Origin: Glaucostegus cemiculus
Lineage: Eukaryota
Direction: 5' to 3'
Assembly: GCA_976551045.1 (NCBI GenBank)
Contig: CDPCPM010000344.1
Location: forward strand, 13,888,001-13,952,000
DNA: 64,000 nt
Positions 25,089-37,141 of this stretch are shown here, piece after piece. Below the pieces are notes generated by a model. That model saw nothing but the letters and a program-made list of their open reading frames with translations. It had not been told where the DNA came from and did not search any database. The position numbers were made by a program, and so were the translations under genes. The first letter of the stretch is position 1; the number at the start of each line of letters is the position of its first letter.

Positions 25089-25529
25089 CTGGAGAATGCG
25101 ACGGTCATGCTCGCTGCTGCTCAAGGCCTTCTGCAGCTGCTGGGCCTTCTCCTGCAGGGCGGAGGCGCTGGCCACCTTGTCAGACAGCGATAGGGACAGG
25201 CTCTGCACCTTGTCCTTCAGCTGGCTCTCGCCCTCCTCCGACTTGGCCAGCGAGGAGTTCAGCCGGTCCACCGTCAGCTGCAGGCTGTTGGCCTTGGAGT
25301 GGCTGTCGGCCACCTGCCTCTGCAGGGCCTCGATGCGCTCCTGCAGCAGCTGGATCTCGGCCTCGCGGTCGCTCGTCACCAGCCTGGTTCGCTGCAGCTC
25401 CCCCTCCAGCGAGCGGCGAGCCAGCTCCAGCTTCGTGATGCGGCTCTCAGAGGTGTCGAGGATCTCCTTCAGCTTACGCTTGTCGTTCTCCAGCTTGGTC
25501 TCATTAGCTTTCATTTTGCTTATCTTGTC
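25089..25529 (-). CDS. CROCC: Rootletin exon 22 (441 nt): DKISKMKANETKLE...EHDRRILQ
   Basis: actctag acceptor, gtgaga donor; phase 0. Confidence 0.94.
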
Positions 25530-25683
25530 CTAGAGTTAAAGCAGAAAGAACAGAGCCATACTTTACATCCCTTGTGTTAGCTGGGGCTCAGTGGGCAGCA
25601 CACCATGCAGCCATACAGGGTGGAAACAGGCCATTCGTCCCACCACTTCCATGCTGACCAGTGGGCACCTTCTGTATTAATCA

Positions 25684-26197
25684 GTTAGTGTAACGTTTCA
25701 CAGTGCCAGTGACCTGGGTTCAATTCCAGTCACTGTCTGTAAGGAGTTTATACATTCTCCCCTTGTTGGCGTGGGTTTCAATTTAAATTTTAAATTTTAT
25801 TTACAATGTGGTAACAGGCCCTTTTGGCCCTCCGAGTCCACGCCGCCCATTTTAACCCCCAAATTAACCTACCCGTACGTCTTTCAGAATGTGGGAGGAA
25901 ACCGGAGCACCCGGAGGAAACCCACACAGACACAGGGAGAACGTACAAACTCCTTACAGACAGCAACGGGAATCGAACCCCGATCGCTGGCGCTGTAACA
26001 GCGTCGCGCTAACCGCTACGCTATCATGCCGCTCTGGTTTCCTCCCACATTCCAAAGGCGTACAGGTTAGGAAATTGCGGGCGTGCTATGTTGGTACCGG
26101 AAGCGTGGCGACACTTGCAGGCTGCCCCCAGAACACTCTACGCAAAAGGTGCATTTCATTGTGTGTTTTGATGTACATGTGACTAATAAAGAGATCA
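25684..26197 (+). mobile_element. V-SINE type 1, interrupted by an inverted type 2 V-SINE and itself inside a minus-strand CR1 fragment (about 25612-26550)
   Basis: The V domain breaks at gtgggtttc (25779) and resumes at ctctggtttcctcccaca (26032). Confidence 0.85.
25780..26031 (-). mobile_element. Young V-SINE, tail type 2
   Basis: CpG-rich; reverse complement of the 61952-62189 copy. Confidence 0.88.
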
Positions 26198-27139
26198 CAT
26201 CTTCCTGACTTGGCCTGTAGCCTTCTATGTCTGGGTGATTAAGTGCTCGTCTAGACATATTTTAAATGCTGTCAGTGATTCTGCTTTCACACTCTCTCTG
26301 GCAGTGCATTCTGGGTACTCACTACTCTCTGGGTGTAAAAGGTCCCTCTCATCTCCCCTTTGAATCTCTACCCCCTTATCCTAAATCTACGTCCTCTTGT
26401 TTTATCTGCCTCTCATATACAGAAAAGTTTCCTGCAGTCTACCCCAGCCTTACCCACTGTAATTTTATACACCTCAATCATGTCCCCTCTTAACCTCTTC
26501 TGCTCCAGGGAAGGCAGATGTAGCCTCTCCAGTCTCTCCTCAGGTTTCCTGTAAGTCACGGGATCGTGGGTTCAGGTCCCACTTCAAAGATGACCAAAAT
26601 AATCAGGGTTTGGTCTTCATTCCAGAACCAAGTTACAAAAGGTCTTTGGGACGTGAGGGCACCCAGGAAAACTCCTCACAGTCATAGGGAGAACATGCAA
26701 ATTACACACAGACAATGCCTGAGGTCAGGATCGAACCTGGATCACTGGAGCTGTGAGGCAGCAGCTCTCTACTCGCTATGCCACCGTGAAACCAAACTAC
26801 TTAACGAGATGCCAGGGAATCTTGAACAGAGGAGAGTGAGGTGCAGAGATTTGGGGAGGGAACTCCAGAGCCGGGCAGCTGAAGGTACAGCAGCAATGGT
26901 GTCATAATAAAGTATGGGGGCATGCAAGAGCTCCGCATCTGTGGAGTGTAGAGATCTCGAAGAGCTGGAGAGCTAGAGGACAGCTGAGAAGTAGGGAATG
27001 AGTTACCATGAAGAGATTTAAAAATAAAGTTGTTTTAATATCAGGAGGCTGGTTAACCAGGGGCCAATAGAGATTGGCAAGGGAAGGATTCTCTGGGAAC
27101 ATGACATTTCTTCAGCGCTGATATCAAATACCTTCCCGA

Positions 27140-27397
27140 TCTCTTTTGCCCCACCACTGTCAGTCCGACCTTTAGCTGCCTGGGCCCCGAGTTCTGGAAA
27201 TTCCTGCCAAAACCTCTGCCCTTTCCATTTCTCCTTTAAGATATTCTTTAAAAACTCTCTGACCAAGCCTTCAGTCATCTGCCCAATGTCTTTGTGGCTC
27301 AGAATAATTTGTTCTCCGATTAGACTCCTGTGGAGCACTTCAGGCATTCTGCTCAGTGTGTTTAAGATGCTATATAAATGGGAATTGTTGTTGTTGC
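27140..27397 (+). mobile_element. L2-like LINE 3' end
   Basis: ctctggaa-like ORF end and gctatataaatg...gttgttgttg tail. Confidence 0.55.
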
Positions 27398-28858
27398 TAG
27401 AGTGTAGCGAGGTGCCAATTCACAGAAACCTGGAGCTTACTAAGGGTTAGTAACCCAGCAAGCCCTTCATTTATCCACTGAGCCACCAGAAACTGAAACC
27501 TCGTGTTAACCCAATAATAAGTTATTGTTATGCCACGTACTGCCCTCCCCCACATTCCAGACTACATCCACAATCCAGCACCCAGTGCAACCATCAATGT
27601 TTTCAGCACTTGGTTTTTATAACAGCAACTGTACTTCACACAGTCAGCCTTGCCTGGGCCTTTGTTACAGATGGACCTGACTACACCCACAGGGGCGCTT
27701 AGCAATGTGACATGGCTGCTCTGTCAGCCAAATATTTTCCACAAGTGTGCTTCCGTTCCACGTCCCCAGTCCAGGAGACTACCTCTCTCAGTGTATATGC
27801 TTCCTCTCTGCCAGACCTGTTCCCAGCAGTCAATGCCAAGAGAAATATAAAGTATTTGTCTGTACCACAGCCAGTGCAGACAACTTCATTCCAGACACTC
27901 ACCAGCTAATTCAGGAACTTCCAGTACTGCTAAATGAAGCCTGTGGGGTTTCCTTGGATTCTTTTGACTCCTTCAGAGCAATTTTTAAGGATGTCTCATC
28001 TAATTCTTAAATTAACTGGCTATGCAACCAGAATGACTCTTCACTCTTATTTTACTCAAAAGAGCATCTTGCAAATTAATATTGCAGTCCAGGACGGTAG
28101 GATAAACTTCCAGCTTAATGAACAAGATTCTGGTGTTCTAGATCTGCTCGGCAAGGTGTTCTGTACAACCCAGGCACAGTTTATTCCTTCCAGAGGCAGA
28201 CTGGCCTACACTGACTGAAGTTTGAAGTGATCCTAGTTCTGAGGGAGGGTGGACAGAAAGGTTTGCTGGGTGGTTCTTCCTCAGGCTGGAGCTTTAAGGG
28301 AAGTCAGAGGTAAAGGATAAGCACAGCTGAGTGAGGTGGGCATTTCAAGGCTGAGGTCAATAAGTTTTGGTCAGGAAAGGTCACATTGATCAGGCAGGAA
28401 AGTAGACAAGATGGAATCAGCCAGAATCCTACTGAACGGAGTAGCAGGCTCAAGAATAGTGAAGGTTACTCCTGCTCCTATTTTTTCCCCCCTATTCTTA
28501 CTTTTGTAGGGCTGGAATACTTCCTAACCTTTTTATTTCATAATTCCCCTTAAACATCATCCTAAAACCATTCTTTGATCTGGGGTGGGGAGGTGGGGGG
28601 AAAGATTCCTTCTCCATCATTGCAATTTTATCCCCTTCTCACCCTGAGGTGACACTTGCTGGAGTGGTGCTCTGTGCAGTCTCATTGAATGAAGCACTAA
28701 CTGATTCACTCTGTAGTGTCACATGGTGTCTCATTCAAGTGACCTAGAAAGCAAGAGTTAGTGGGATGAGCATTTCACCCTCAACTTCAGGGCCTACTGA
28801 CCCAATAGTAGAACAGTTACTGACCATAACACAGAATCACATACCACATACCACAGCA

Positions 28859-29155
28859 GGCACGGTAGTGTAGCGGTTAGCGTGACGCTTTACAGCGCCA
28901 GCGACCCGGGTTCAATTCCCGCCGCTCTCTGTAAGGAGTTTGTACGTTCTCCCCGTGACTGTGTGGGTTTCCTCTGGGGGCTCCAGTTTCCTCCCACTTT
29001 CCAAAGACATACAGGTTAGGAAGTTGTGGGCATGCTATGTTGGCACTGGAAGCGTGGCAACACTTGTGGGCTGCCCCCAGAACACTCTATGCAAAAGATG
29101 CATTTCATTGTGTGTTTCGATGTACATGTGACTAATAAAGAAATCTTATCTTATT
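28859..29155 (+). mobile_element. V-SINE type 1, full length
   Basis: A/B-box-like head (tagcggtt...ggttcaattcc), V domain, TCTTA tail. Confidence 0.9.
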
Positions 29156-29159
29156 TAAG

Positions 29160-29522
29160 TTACGTCATTGAAATATACAAGATTCTGAAGGGGCTTGACA
29201 GGGTGGATGCTGGAAGGGTGTTTGCCTTGGCTGCATTATCTGGCAGTACAGTGCATCGTCTCAGGATAGAGCACCGGAAGTTTAAGACTCTCAGGAGGAA
29301 CTTCTTTACCCAGAAGGTTGTGACTCTTTGGAAGCCTCTACCACAGTCCAGGCTGCTCCACTACTGAGTATGTTCAAGCTTGAGATTAAAATATCGTTGG
29401 ACTCCAAATGGATCAGGGGATGTAGGGATCCAGCAGAAAGGTGGAGTTGAGGAAGAGGACCTGCCATGATCCAGTGGGATATGGGAGCAGTTCGAAGGGC
29501 AGTGGAGCCTGTTCCAGTTCTT
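29160..29522 (+). mobile_element. CR1 3' fragment
   Basis: IEIYKILKGLDRVD...RRNFFTQKVV. Confidence 0.8.
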
Positions 29523-30344
29523 GCCTCCATTTTACGTAGGATGTGTTCAGACCATGAGAGGTGCTATATAAATGGAAGTTTCTTTATTATTGGCATTACA
29601 GACCTAATTCTGCACAGGGCAACTATCAACCACCCCTTCCCACCCCCACTACCATCAACCCCTCCTTCTTCCCACCCGCCGCCTCCCTGATTCTACTAAA
29701 GGGCAAACAAACAGTTCCCTTTTAATGGGAGTGTGGTTATGAGCAGTCACTGGTGTTGTGGAGCTTCTGGTGACAGGGGCGAGTGAGGTGGGTTGGAGCG
29801 TGGTTAGAGATGTCCAGCTAGAGTCACCACACCATGGGGCTTACTGGACTGTGAGGCTGAGTAGGGAACTTTATCTTTGAAGCTTGAAGCACTCTGGGCA
29901 GCTGACAGAAAAACACAGATGAGGGGAAGGGAGTGGAGGAGGAAGTCACCAAGGGTGAAGCATTATTGGGTAAACCCTGCTGGGAATTGTGCGGCTGGGA
30001 TGAGGTGCAGGGACACCATGATCAGTGAATTACAGTAGTGGCTGTATGTTGTGCCCTGCTTCCAAAATACCGTCCCACTGACCTCCATGGGGCTGCACTC
30101 TGCATACAGAAAACCACAGGCAGTTGCTCCTGTATTAATACCACTGACTAAGAATAAATTTCTGGCCACCTGCCTCCAGGTGCACAGATGAGTTTGGATG
30201 AAGTACCAAATGACAACTGGTGCCTGTGGAACTGAATTCTGGAGGAAGTAGGTCAGTCAGTGAGGAGCACAGGGGTCCGGGAGAAGTAAGGATGAGACAA
30301 GTCAAAGGCTGCTCACCTCACTCACCTCAAGGGTAGCATAATGG

Positions 30345-30660
30345 CATGGCCGGTAGTGGTGCTGCCTCACAGCTCCTATGTCCTGGGTTCAATCCTCACC
30401 TCGGGTATTGTTTGTCTGTCCATGTGGAGTTTACACAGTCTCCCTGGGACTGCACTAGTTCACCCGGGTGCTCCGGTTTCCTCCCACATCCCAAAACTGG
30501 CTGTTGTAAATACCCCCTTTGTGTAGGTGGGTGGTAGGTGTGGAGCCATGGGGATGTAAATGAAAATAGCTTATAGGGAGTAAGTTGGGGAATGGGATTG
30601 ATCAGATTGCTCTGAGAGACGGCATCAACTAGATGGGATGAATAACCTCCTTCGATGTTG
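30345..30660 (+). mobile_element. Old V-SINE
   Basis: ccgggtgctccggtttcctcccacatcccaaa. Confidence 0.75.
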
Positions 30661-31291
30661 CATTGGAATGGAAGGCCCAATAAAAGCACTGTACGTTAAG
30701 GTAGGGCAGTGTATTGCAGGATAACACACCCTCTCTGTCATTCCATCATAGTGCTGTTACAGAGTCACAGCGAGCCCTGGTGCCCACGCACTCTGGTTTC
30801 TCTTTCAGTTCTGCACTCGATGACTAAAAGAGAAATCAGACAAACCACACAGCCTGGACCCTAACAACCTTGCGTCAGGAAAGAATGATCTAACTGCTCA
30901 GAAGAATTTATTAATAACTAAAAATTGGTTGTTTTTATTGGATTTCACTAAATTCTTGTTTGCATCTTCAACATTAAATGCTTCCTCATGTAACCACTTG
31001 AGTGGTTAAGACACTCGTACAACAGACATGTGACCTTTGTTATAACTGCTGGGCCGAGCTCCCCCTTTGCACACAAGGTGCACTTCCCGATGTAAGCCAG
31101 TGGAACCGCACCCCCCCCCCACCCCCCAGGGTCAGGGGTAATCGGAACCACGCTACAACTAGTGTCAAATCTAGGCTTTGTGCAGGAGAAAATGTTTCAG
31201 CTCACAGGAAGCTGTGCCTAAGCATCTGGCCATTACTGGTTTGCATATGAAGGTAACAGTCATGTTTCCCTGGATGAGGCCAAGAAGTACT

Positions 31292-31468
31292 TCAGGCAGC
31301 ATGTGTGGGAGGAAATGGACAGTCAACATTTTGGGTCAAAACCCTTCATCTGGACCCGAATCGTCAATTCTCCGTTTCCCTCCACAGATGCTGCCTGATC
31401 CGCTGAGTTCCTTCAGCAGATTGTTTTTTGCTCCAAATTCCAGCATCTGCAGTCTCTTGTGTCTCTTG
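31292..31468. mobile_element. Penelope-like palindromic remnant
   Basis: caggcagcat...ggaaatgga mirrored by ttccctccacagatgctgcctg; degenerate hammerhead core on minus strand. Confidence 0.6.
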
Positions 31469-31664
31469 TTGACAAAACATACTTCACTGGCTGTAGAGCA
31501 CTTCGGGACGGGCTGGAGTTGTGGAAGATAAATAAGTGCAGGAGATGCCCATGTCCCTGCTGTGAGTCAACATTGTTAGAAAAGGACCAAAGAGGGGACT
31601 GGTGGCTAGCACACCCTTACGTTCTGTGGAAGGAGGAGGTGCTGGGTGACTGCATCAGCCTTAC

Positions 31665-31828
31665 CTGTGTGGTCCTCCTCTCGGTGTCGGCTGACTGGAT
31701 AGTCCTCTCCAGTGTGGCAATCTTATCAAGCAGTACTTTGCGCTCTCGTTCGTTGCGACGGATCGTCTCTTCCTGCAGCATTAGTGCGGTCTGAGCACTG
31801 GTCAGCCGCCCATCAATGCCCTTCTTAC
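31665..31828 (-). CDS. CROCC: Rootletin exon 21 (164 nt): KKGIDGRLTSAQTALMLQEE...ERRTTQ
   Basis: tttccag acceptor, gtaagg donor; phase 1 to 0; follows a 94-nt intron. Confidence 0.92.
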
Positions 31829-31922
31829 CTGGAAACACAAGGATCGTCACCCGGGGGTCAGTACCAATCCCACCAGACCAGCCGAGAAACGCACAATTCG
31901 AGAGATCAGCAGCGTGACCGAC

Positions 31923-32043
31923 CTTCCTCGCACTCAGCCAACGACTTCTGCAGCTGTTGCAAGCGGCTGCTGACGTTGTCCCGATCGGACTCCAGCTCTT
32001 TCAGCTGTCTGCTCAGGTTAGATCCTTGAATACGAGCTTCATC
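31923..32043 (-). CDS. CROCC: Rootletin exon 20 (121 nt): DEARIQGSNLSRQL...SLAECEE
   Basis: ccctcag acceptor, gtcggt donor; phase 0 to 1. Confidence 0.9.
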
Positions 32044-32065
32044 CTGAGGGGAAAGTTGACAGAAT

Positions 32066-32365
32066 TAAGATAAGATATTTATTTTATTAGTCACATGTAC
32101 ATTGAAACACACAGTGAAATGTATCTTTTTGCGTTACTGAGAATGAGCTGGGAGCAGCCCACAAGTGTCACCACTCTTCCGGCACCAACATAGCACGCCC
32201 ACAACTTCGTAACTTCTACGTCTTTGGAACGTGGGATGAAACTGGAGCACGCAGAGGAAACCCACACAAACACGTGGAGAACGTACAAACTCGTTACAGA
32301 CAGCGGGGGGAATTGAACCCGGGTTGCTGGTGCTGTAATAGTGTTACGCTAGCCACTACACTACC
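32066..32365 (-). mobile_element. V-SINE type 1 abutting the exon 20 acceptor
   Basis: Reverse complement of the 28859 copy. Confidence 0.9.
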
Positions 32366-33858
32366 AGCTCCGGGCAGCCCCTCAGGAAAAAGAAAATATA
32401 AAAACAAAAAGACAATTGAGCTTGTTCCTTACCATCAGTACATTTAATACTTGGATTGCACATAAAGTCTATCAGCTTCTGGAAAGTGGATGATCATTAC
32501 AGCTGAAACTGCATTGATGAAGAGGTGATGAAAACAACCTCATCTGATGGACTCACTACGTTTTTCTGGGGTGTCGGTTTGCATGTCTCCATGCTGTACA
32601 TTGGGAGGGTTTGCAAGTTCTCCAAGTCTGACTGTAGCTTCCATTCAGCAAAGCTGAATGCAAGGTCTGACAAGTTTTATTCCCTCTTGCTTTCTTTTCA
32701 AACTTACCAAGTAAATGAGGCCATGAAGAGGTTTATCATTCTAACCAAACCTCGCTCAGTTTATCTGTTTTAAGGAAGTCAGGGTGCAGCTCTCTTACTC
32801 CCGCACACGGAAATTTAATTAAAGTTGAATTCTTCTGACACCTCCCTTGACGTTATTTATAAACCTGCTGAGTCACCCCAACTCTGTGTTGCCTCTGACT
32901 GACTTTGGACTCCTACTATAAATGAAAATGTCTTTCCATTATAAGAATGGCCAACGTTTTCTTTCTTGATTCATTTCTGTTTGTTAATACTGTTCTTCCA
33001 ATCTTCCACCACCAATTTTCATTTTATTGACCACACTACACTACTTTGAGAATGTTCCCAAGAAGTCATAGTGAGTCCACTTTCCTTGTTTATTGCAGCA
33101 ATCGCTAGCTTTTCATCCCACTTAATCTCTCCCAGGTCCCTGGTCCCTCCTGCATAACATTAACCCAAACTATACAGCAGTCTGGTCTATGAAACTTTAC
33201 AACAGATCGGTTGCATGCAGTATAAGGTGTATTTGCAGGCTCCCGATATCTTAACAACTAATTCTATCCTGAACACTGCCTAAGGTGTTTCTTCCAGTGT
33301 CAGCATTTACCTGCACAATTAAGAATTCAAATGAATTACATCAAATGTATTCCGTGGAGACAGGCCAATTGGCCTTTGCTGGAGTTCATGTTCCAATGGA
33401 GGTCGCTCTTACCCTCCCTCACCTAACCTCACCCCCTCAGGGTGCTTCCACGTTGTCACTTACATGTGTCCATGTCCTTTGTGTCACCAACTTTTGTGGA
33501 AGAAAATCCACAACCTAACCAACCTTCTGGATAAGAAAATTTCACCCAAATTCCTCACTGGATTTATTGATGACTATCTTATATTTACATTCTCTGGTCC
33601 CAAACTTACTCATCATGCAAACATCTTCCACTTTACTGACTTTTGAAAACCCAACTTCCTCAGCCTTCCAGAGCCCCAGTGTCATTAGCCTTTCCTAATC
33701 ATTTTAATCTATTAGTCCTGGTACTCTGAAAACCTTAACTGCACCTTCTGTAATACCTGCAAACAAAAAATCACAAACTCTTAACCGAGCTCAACCAGAA
33801 CCCTTATGACAGCCCCTGCCTCCCTCCCTGTGCCAGCATTCTCACTTAACGTGCTTAC

Positions 33859-34076
33859 TCGGTCCCGCTGCGCATCTCTCAGTTCCTGAAGGAAAGCTCG
33901 CAGTGCTGCTCGAACCACTTCAGGGTCAAGGTCCGCCCCAAACTGCTCACTGCGGGTGGGGGAGTGTGAGCGGTTGGGTGACGTAGGGCGGGACGTGGTG
34001 CTGTGCTCGGGGGTTCCGGTCCGAGGGATTGGGCTGCCCTGACCGTCTGTCGTGGTGGCGAAGGTGTTGTCAAAAC
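33859..34076 (-). CDS. CROCC: Rootletin exon 19 (218 nt): FDNTFATT...DLDPEVVRAALRAFLQELRDAQRDR
   Basis: tttcag acceptor, gtaagc donor; phase 1 to 0. Confidence 0.93.
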
Positions 34077-34251
34077 CTGAAATCACACAACAACATCTGC
34101 AACGTTGCTACACGGACAGTACACTCACCCCCGAGGTGCGGGATCCTGTGTTCAAGTCCCACTCCAGAGTCTTCCTCAGAAGGTCCAGCTGATGCTCCAG
34201 TGCATTGCTGAGAGAGCACTGCCCTGTCACACAGGCATTAAACCAAGCCCC

Positions 34252-34755
34252 GGAGACACAAGAGACTGCAGATGCTGGCCTCTGGAGCTACAACACTCTG
34301 CTGGAGAAATGATTCCCCTCCCCACCTCCCTCTCTTTATTCCATGCTCCACCTATCAGATTCCATCATCTTCAGTCCCTCCTCACTTCCCATCTGTCACC
34401 TCCCAGCTTCTGACATCATTCCAACTCTTCCCTCTCCCTCATCTATCACCTCCCTCACCTGGATCCACCTATCACTATCCAGCTCTTGCTCCACCCCTCC
34501 CCTCCACCTTTTTTTTAATACTAACTCTCTCCTTTTTCTTTCCAGTCCAGATGAAGGAGCTCAACCCAAAACGTCGACTGTCCATTTCCCTCCATAGATG
34601 CTGCCTGACCTGCTGAGTTCCACCAGCACTTTGCGTGTTCTCTAGCATCTGTGGTCTCTTGTGTCTCCACGCTGGAGAAACTCAGCGGGTCGAGCAGCAT
34701 CTGTGGAGGAAAGGAATTGTTGACGTTTCGGGTTGAAACCCTGCACTGGGACTGT
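34252..34755. mobile_element. Penelope-like repeat cluster in both orientations
   Basis: Pyrimidine-rich stretch, cagatgaagg...aaaacgtcgactg, then inverted gagaaactcagcgggtcgagcagcatctg...gacgtttcggg. Confidence 0.65.
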
Positions 34756-36519
34756 GAGCTTTGCCTTCTCAGGGGGATGCAAGAAAAGCCACTTGCAACA
34801 TTTCAAAGAAGAGGTGGAGAAGTGTCCCCTGTTCCTTGCGAAATAGTTAACCTGAGTCATCATCACTTAAAGCAGGCCATCTGATCCTTATCACGCTCCT
34901 GTTTACGGATCCTTGCTGTGTCCAAATTAACTCTCACAGTCCCACATCACAACATTGCCAGAGTGATACAAAGAGTTCTGTACTTGCAGCTTTGTGTAAT
35001 ATTTTCATACTACTGTAGGGAGTGAACACCATCTGCTGGTTACCTCCATTCTTCATCCCCAAGCTTGAACAGTGGGCCTTATCTACTGGATCACGGGGAG
35101 CATCACATCATGGCTTATCTTGTCTTTGGCTAATACCTACATACTTTCTGACTGGATGAGGCAGGTACCTGGGGTGAACATTTTCTGTCCTCCCCAGATG
35201 CACAGAGACTACGTGCATGCCCCGCTTTACTCCAGCTGATATTGCTGGGTGTGAGCCCACCAGCTAATCTGGTGGGCTCAGACCCAGCTCCCTACCTAAG
35301 ATGAGCATCATATTAGTTAGGATAGTAAGGGAAAAGCCACTTTCCATTCAATTCTCTCAATGGTTGTTGTGATTGTCAAGAATTTGTGAACGTTGTTGTT
35401 GCTATTGCTGATTGGTGACCCTCACTGCCCTTCTGCTGGTTGATGGCCCCTCTCATTGCCCTTATGGCCCTCTCGTCCAGTCTTTCTTTTCTTGTGCTGA
35501 GGTTGCGACTGGTGGCCACAAAATGGGAGGTGTATTTTTCACGCCAGCGACTCTCAGAGTTATAGATTCTTACAGCATGGAAACAGGCCCTTCGGCCCAA
35601 CCCATCCATGCTGGCTCTGTTGCCCAGCGAGCTCATCCCATCTGCCTACATTTGACCCAAACCCTCTAAACCTCTCCTACCCATGTACTTATCTGGATGG
35701 TTTTGAAACGTTGCTAATGTGCCCGCCTCAACCTGATTGCTGAGGCGGGCACATCTTTTCCAGGCTTTCACTCCTGTGTATATTTACAAACTTTCAGAGC
35801 AGCTCGGTTGATGGTTGATAGGGATTAGAATAATTTTGTCTCAACCAGCAAGGCCCCTTTCCCCATAAGAGCCTCTTTATGAGCTGTGATGAATGAGATT
35901 AAGGCAGAAAATGTATTGAGAGAGAAATGGGGAAAAAAAGACTAAAGTGGGTGTTGGGAAGTGGAAGTTGGCACTGGAGATAAACTCAGAGAAAGAAATC
36001 TGAAGAGGAAGAGAGATGGAGTGGGTGGAGAGAATTATGAAAAGGATGGGAACAGTCACACAGACAGAGTCACACAGCGCAGAACCAGGCCCTTCAGCCC
36101 AACTCGTCCTTGTTGACCAAGATGCCCCATCTATTCTAATCCCCTTGTCCTGCATTGGGCCCAGATCCCTCTATCCCATTCCTGACCTATGTCCTTTAGT
36201 CTTAAACTTCCCTATCCTTGGAAAAAGACTGTGACAATCTACCCTGTGCCCCTCATAATTTTATTAACCTCTATAATGTTTCTAGAAGGTTAACGACAAA
36301 GAAAGTGAACTAGACACAGGGATAGAAAATAAGGGCAGAGCTTGAGAAGGTGAAAGGAATCGAAACCGAACCTGATTCAGGCGTGATATTCTCACTTTGA
36401 ACAGCAACCCTGAGAGAACATATTTCCCTTGGGTTCTGCTGTCTTCAATAGAAGGGCTCCATTCACTTCATCCATCTCCTGGCTGTAGCTAGGGAACCAA
36501 GATGAGGAAAAGAGAGTGC

Positions 36520-36556
36520 ACAAGAAAGAAAGAGAGAGAATGTGTGTGAGAGTGCG

Positions 36557-36588
<32 letters not shown>

Positions 36589-36650
36589 CACGAGTGCAAA
36601 AGGGAGAGAGAGCAAGCGAGAGCATGAGCGAGAGAGAGGGAGAGAGTCTG
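36520..36650. repeat. (GA)n-rich microsatellite
   Basis: Direct inspection. Confidence 0.9.
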
Positions 36651-37141
36651 AGTGGGAATGCAAGAGGGAGTATGAGAATACGAGGGCAGGACAGAGAAGG
36701 TGGTCAGTAAAGGGAGAAGACAGGAGGATCAGAGGCCAGTTTTGACGGAGGTCAGAAGGATCAGGAGGAGCTTGGAACCATGGAGTCTGGGATCGGGAGT
36801 GGAGATTGAGAAAACTGAATAGTCTGGAAGGAACACAGGGATTAAGGGAAACTGAGAAGTGATTGGGAAGGCCAGGAGGAGAGTGCATGTGTGGAAGAGT
36901 GAATATTTTACATATTGATCCACTGGGCGAAGGATTTGCTGGCAAGGCCTGAATTTATTGCCAATCCCCACCTGCCCTACAGAAGCCCCTTTCTTTACAA
37001 CTGTTACTTGCTGAGCTGTTTCAGAGTGTAACTAAGAGTTAACTATCTTTTGCAAAGCAACTCCTACGCTGACAGCTCAGTTGATTAGAATTCTAGGAAA
37101 AACAGCAGAATTGCTCTGAAATAATTGTCAGGCTTGTTTAC

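Noticed and set aside
25018-25533. 171-aa plus-strand ORF (also 45598..46119, 18015..18467, 57231..57473)
   Set aside because: Antisense shadows of GC-rich coiled-coil exons with Ser/Leu/Cys-biased composition; no independent evidence
28859-28930. tRNA-like sequences at SINE heads
   Set aside because: tRNA-derived SINE promoters continuous with the V domain, not tRNA genes
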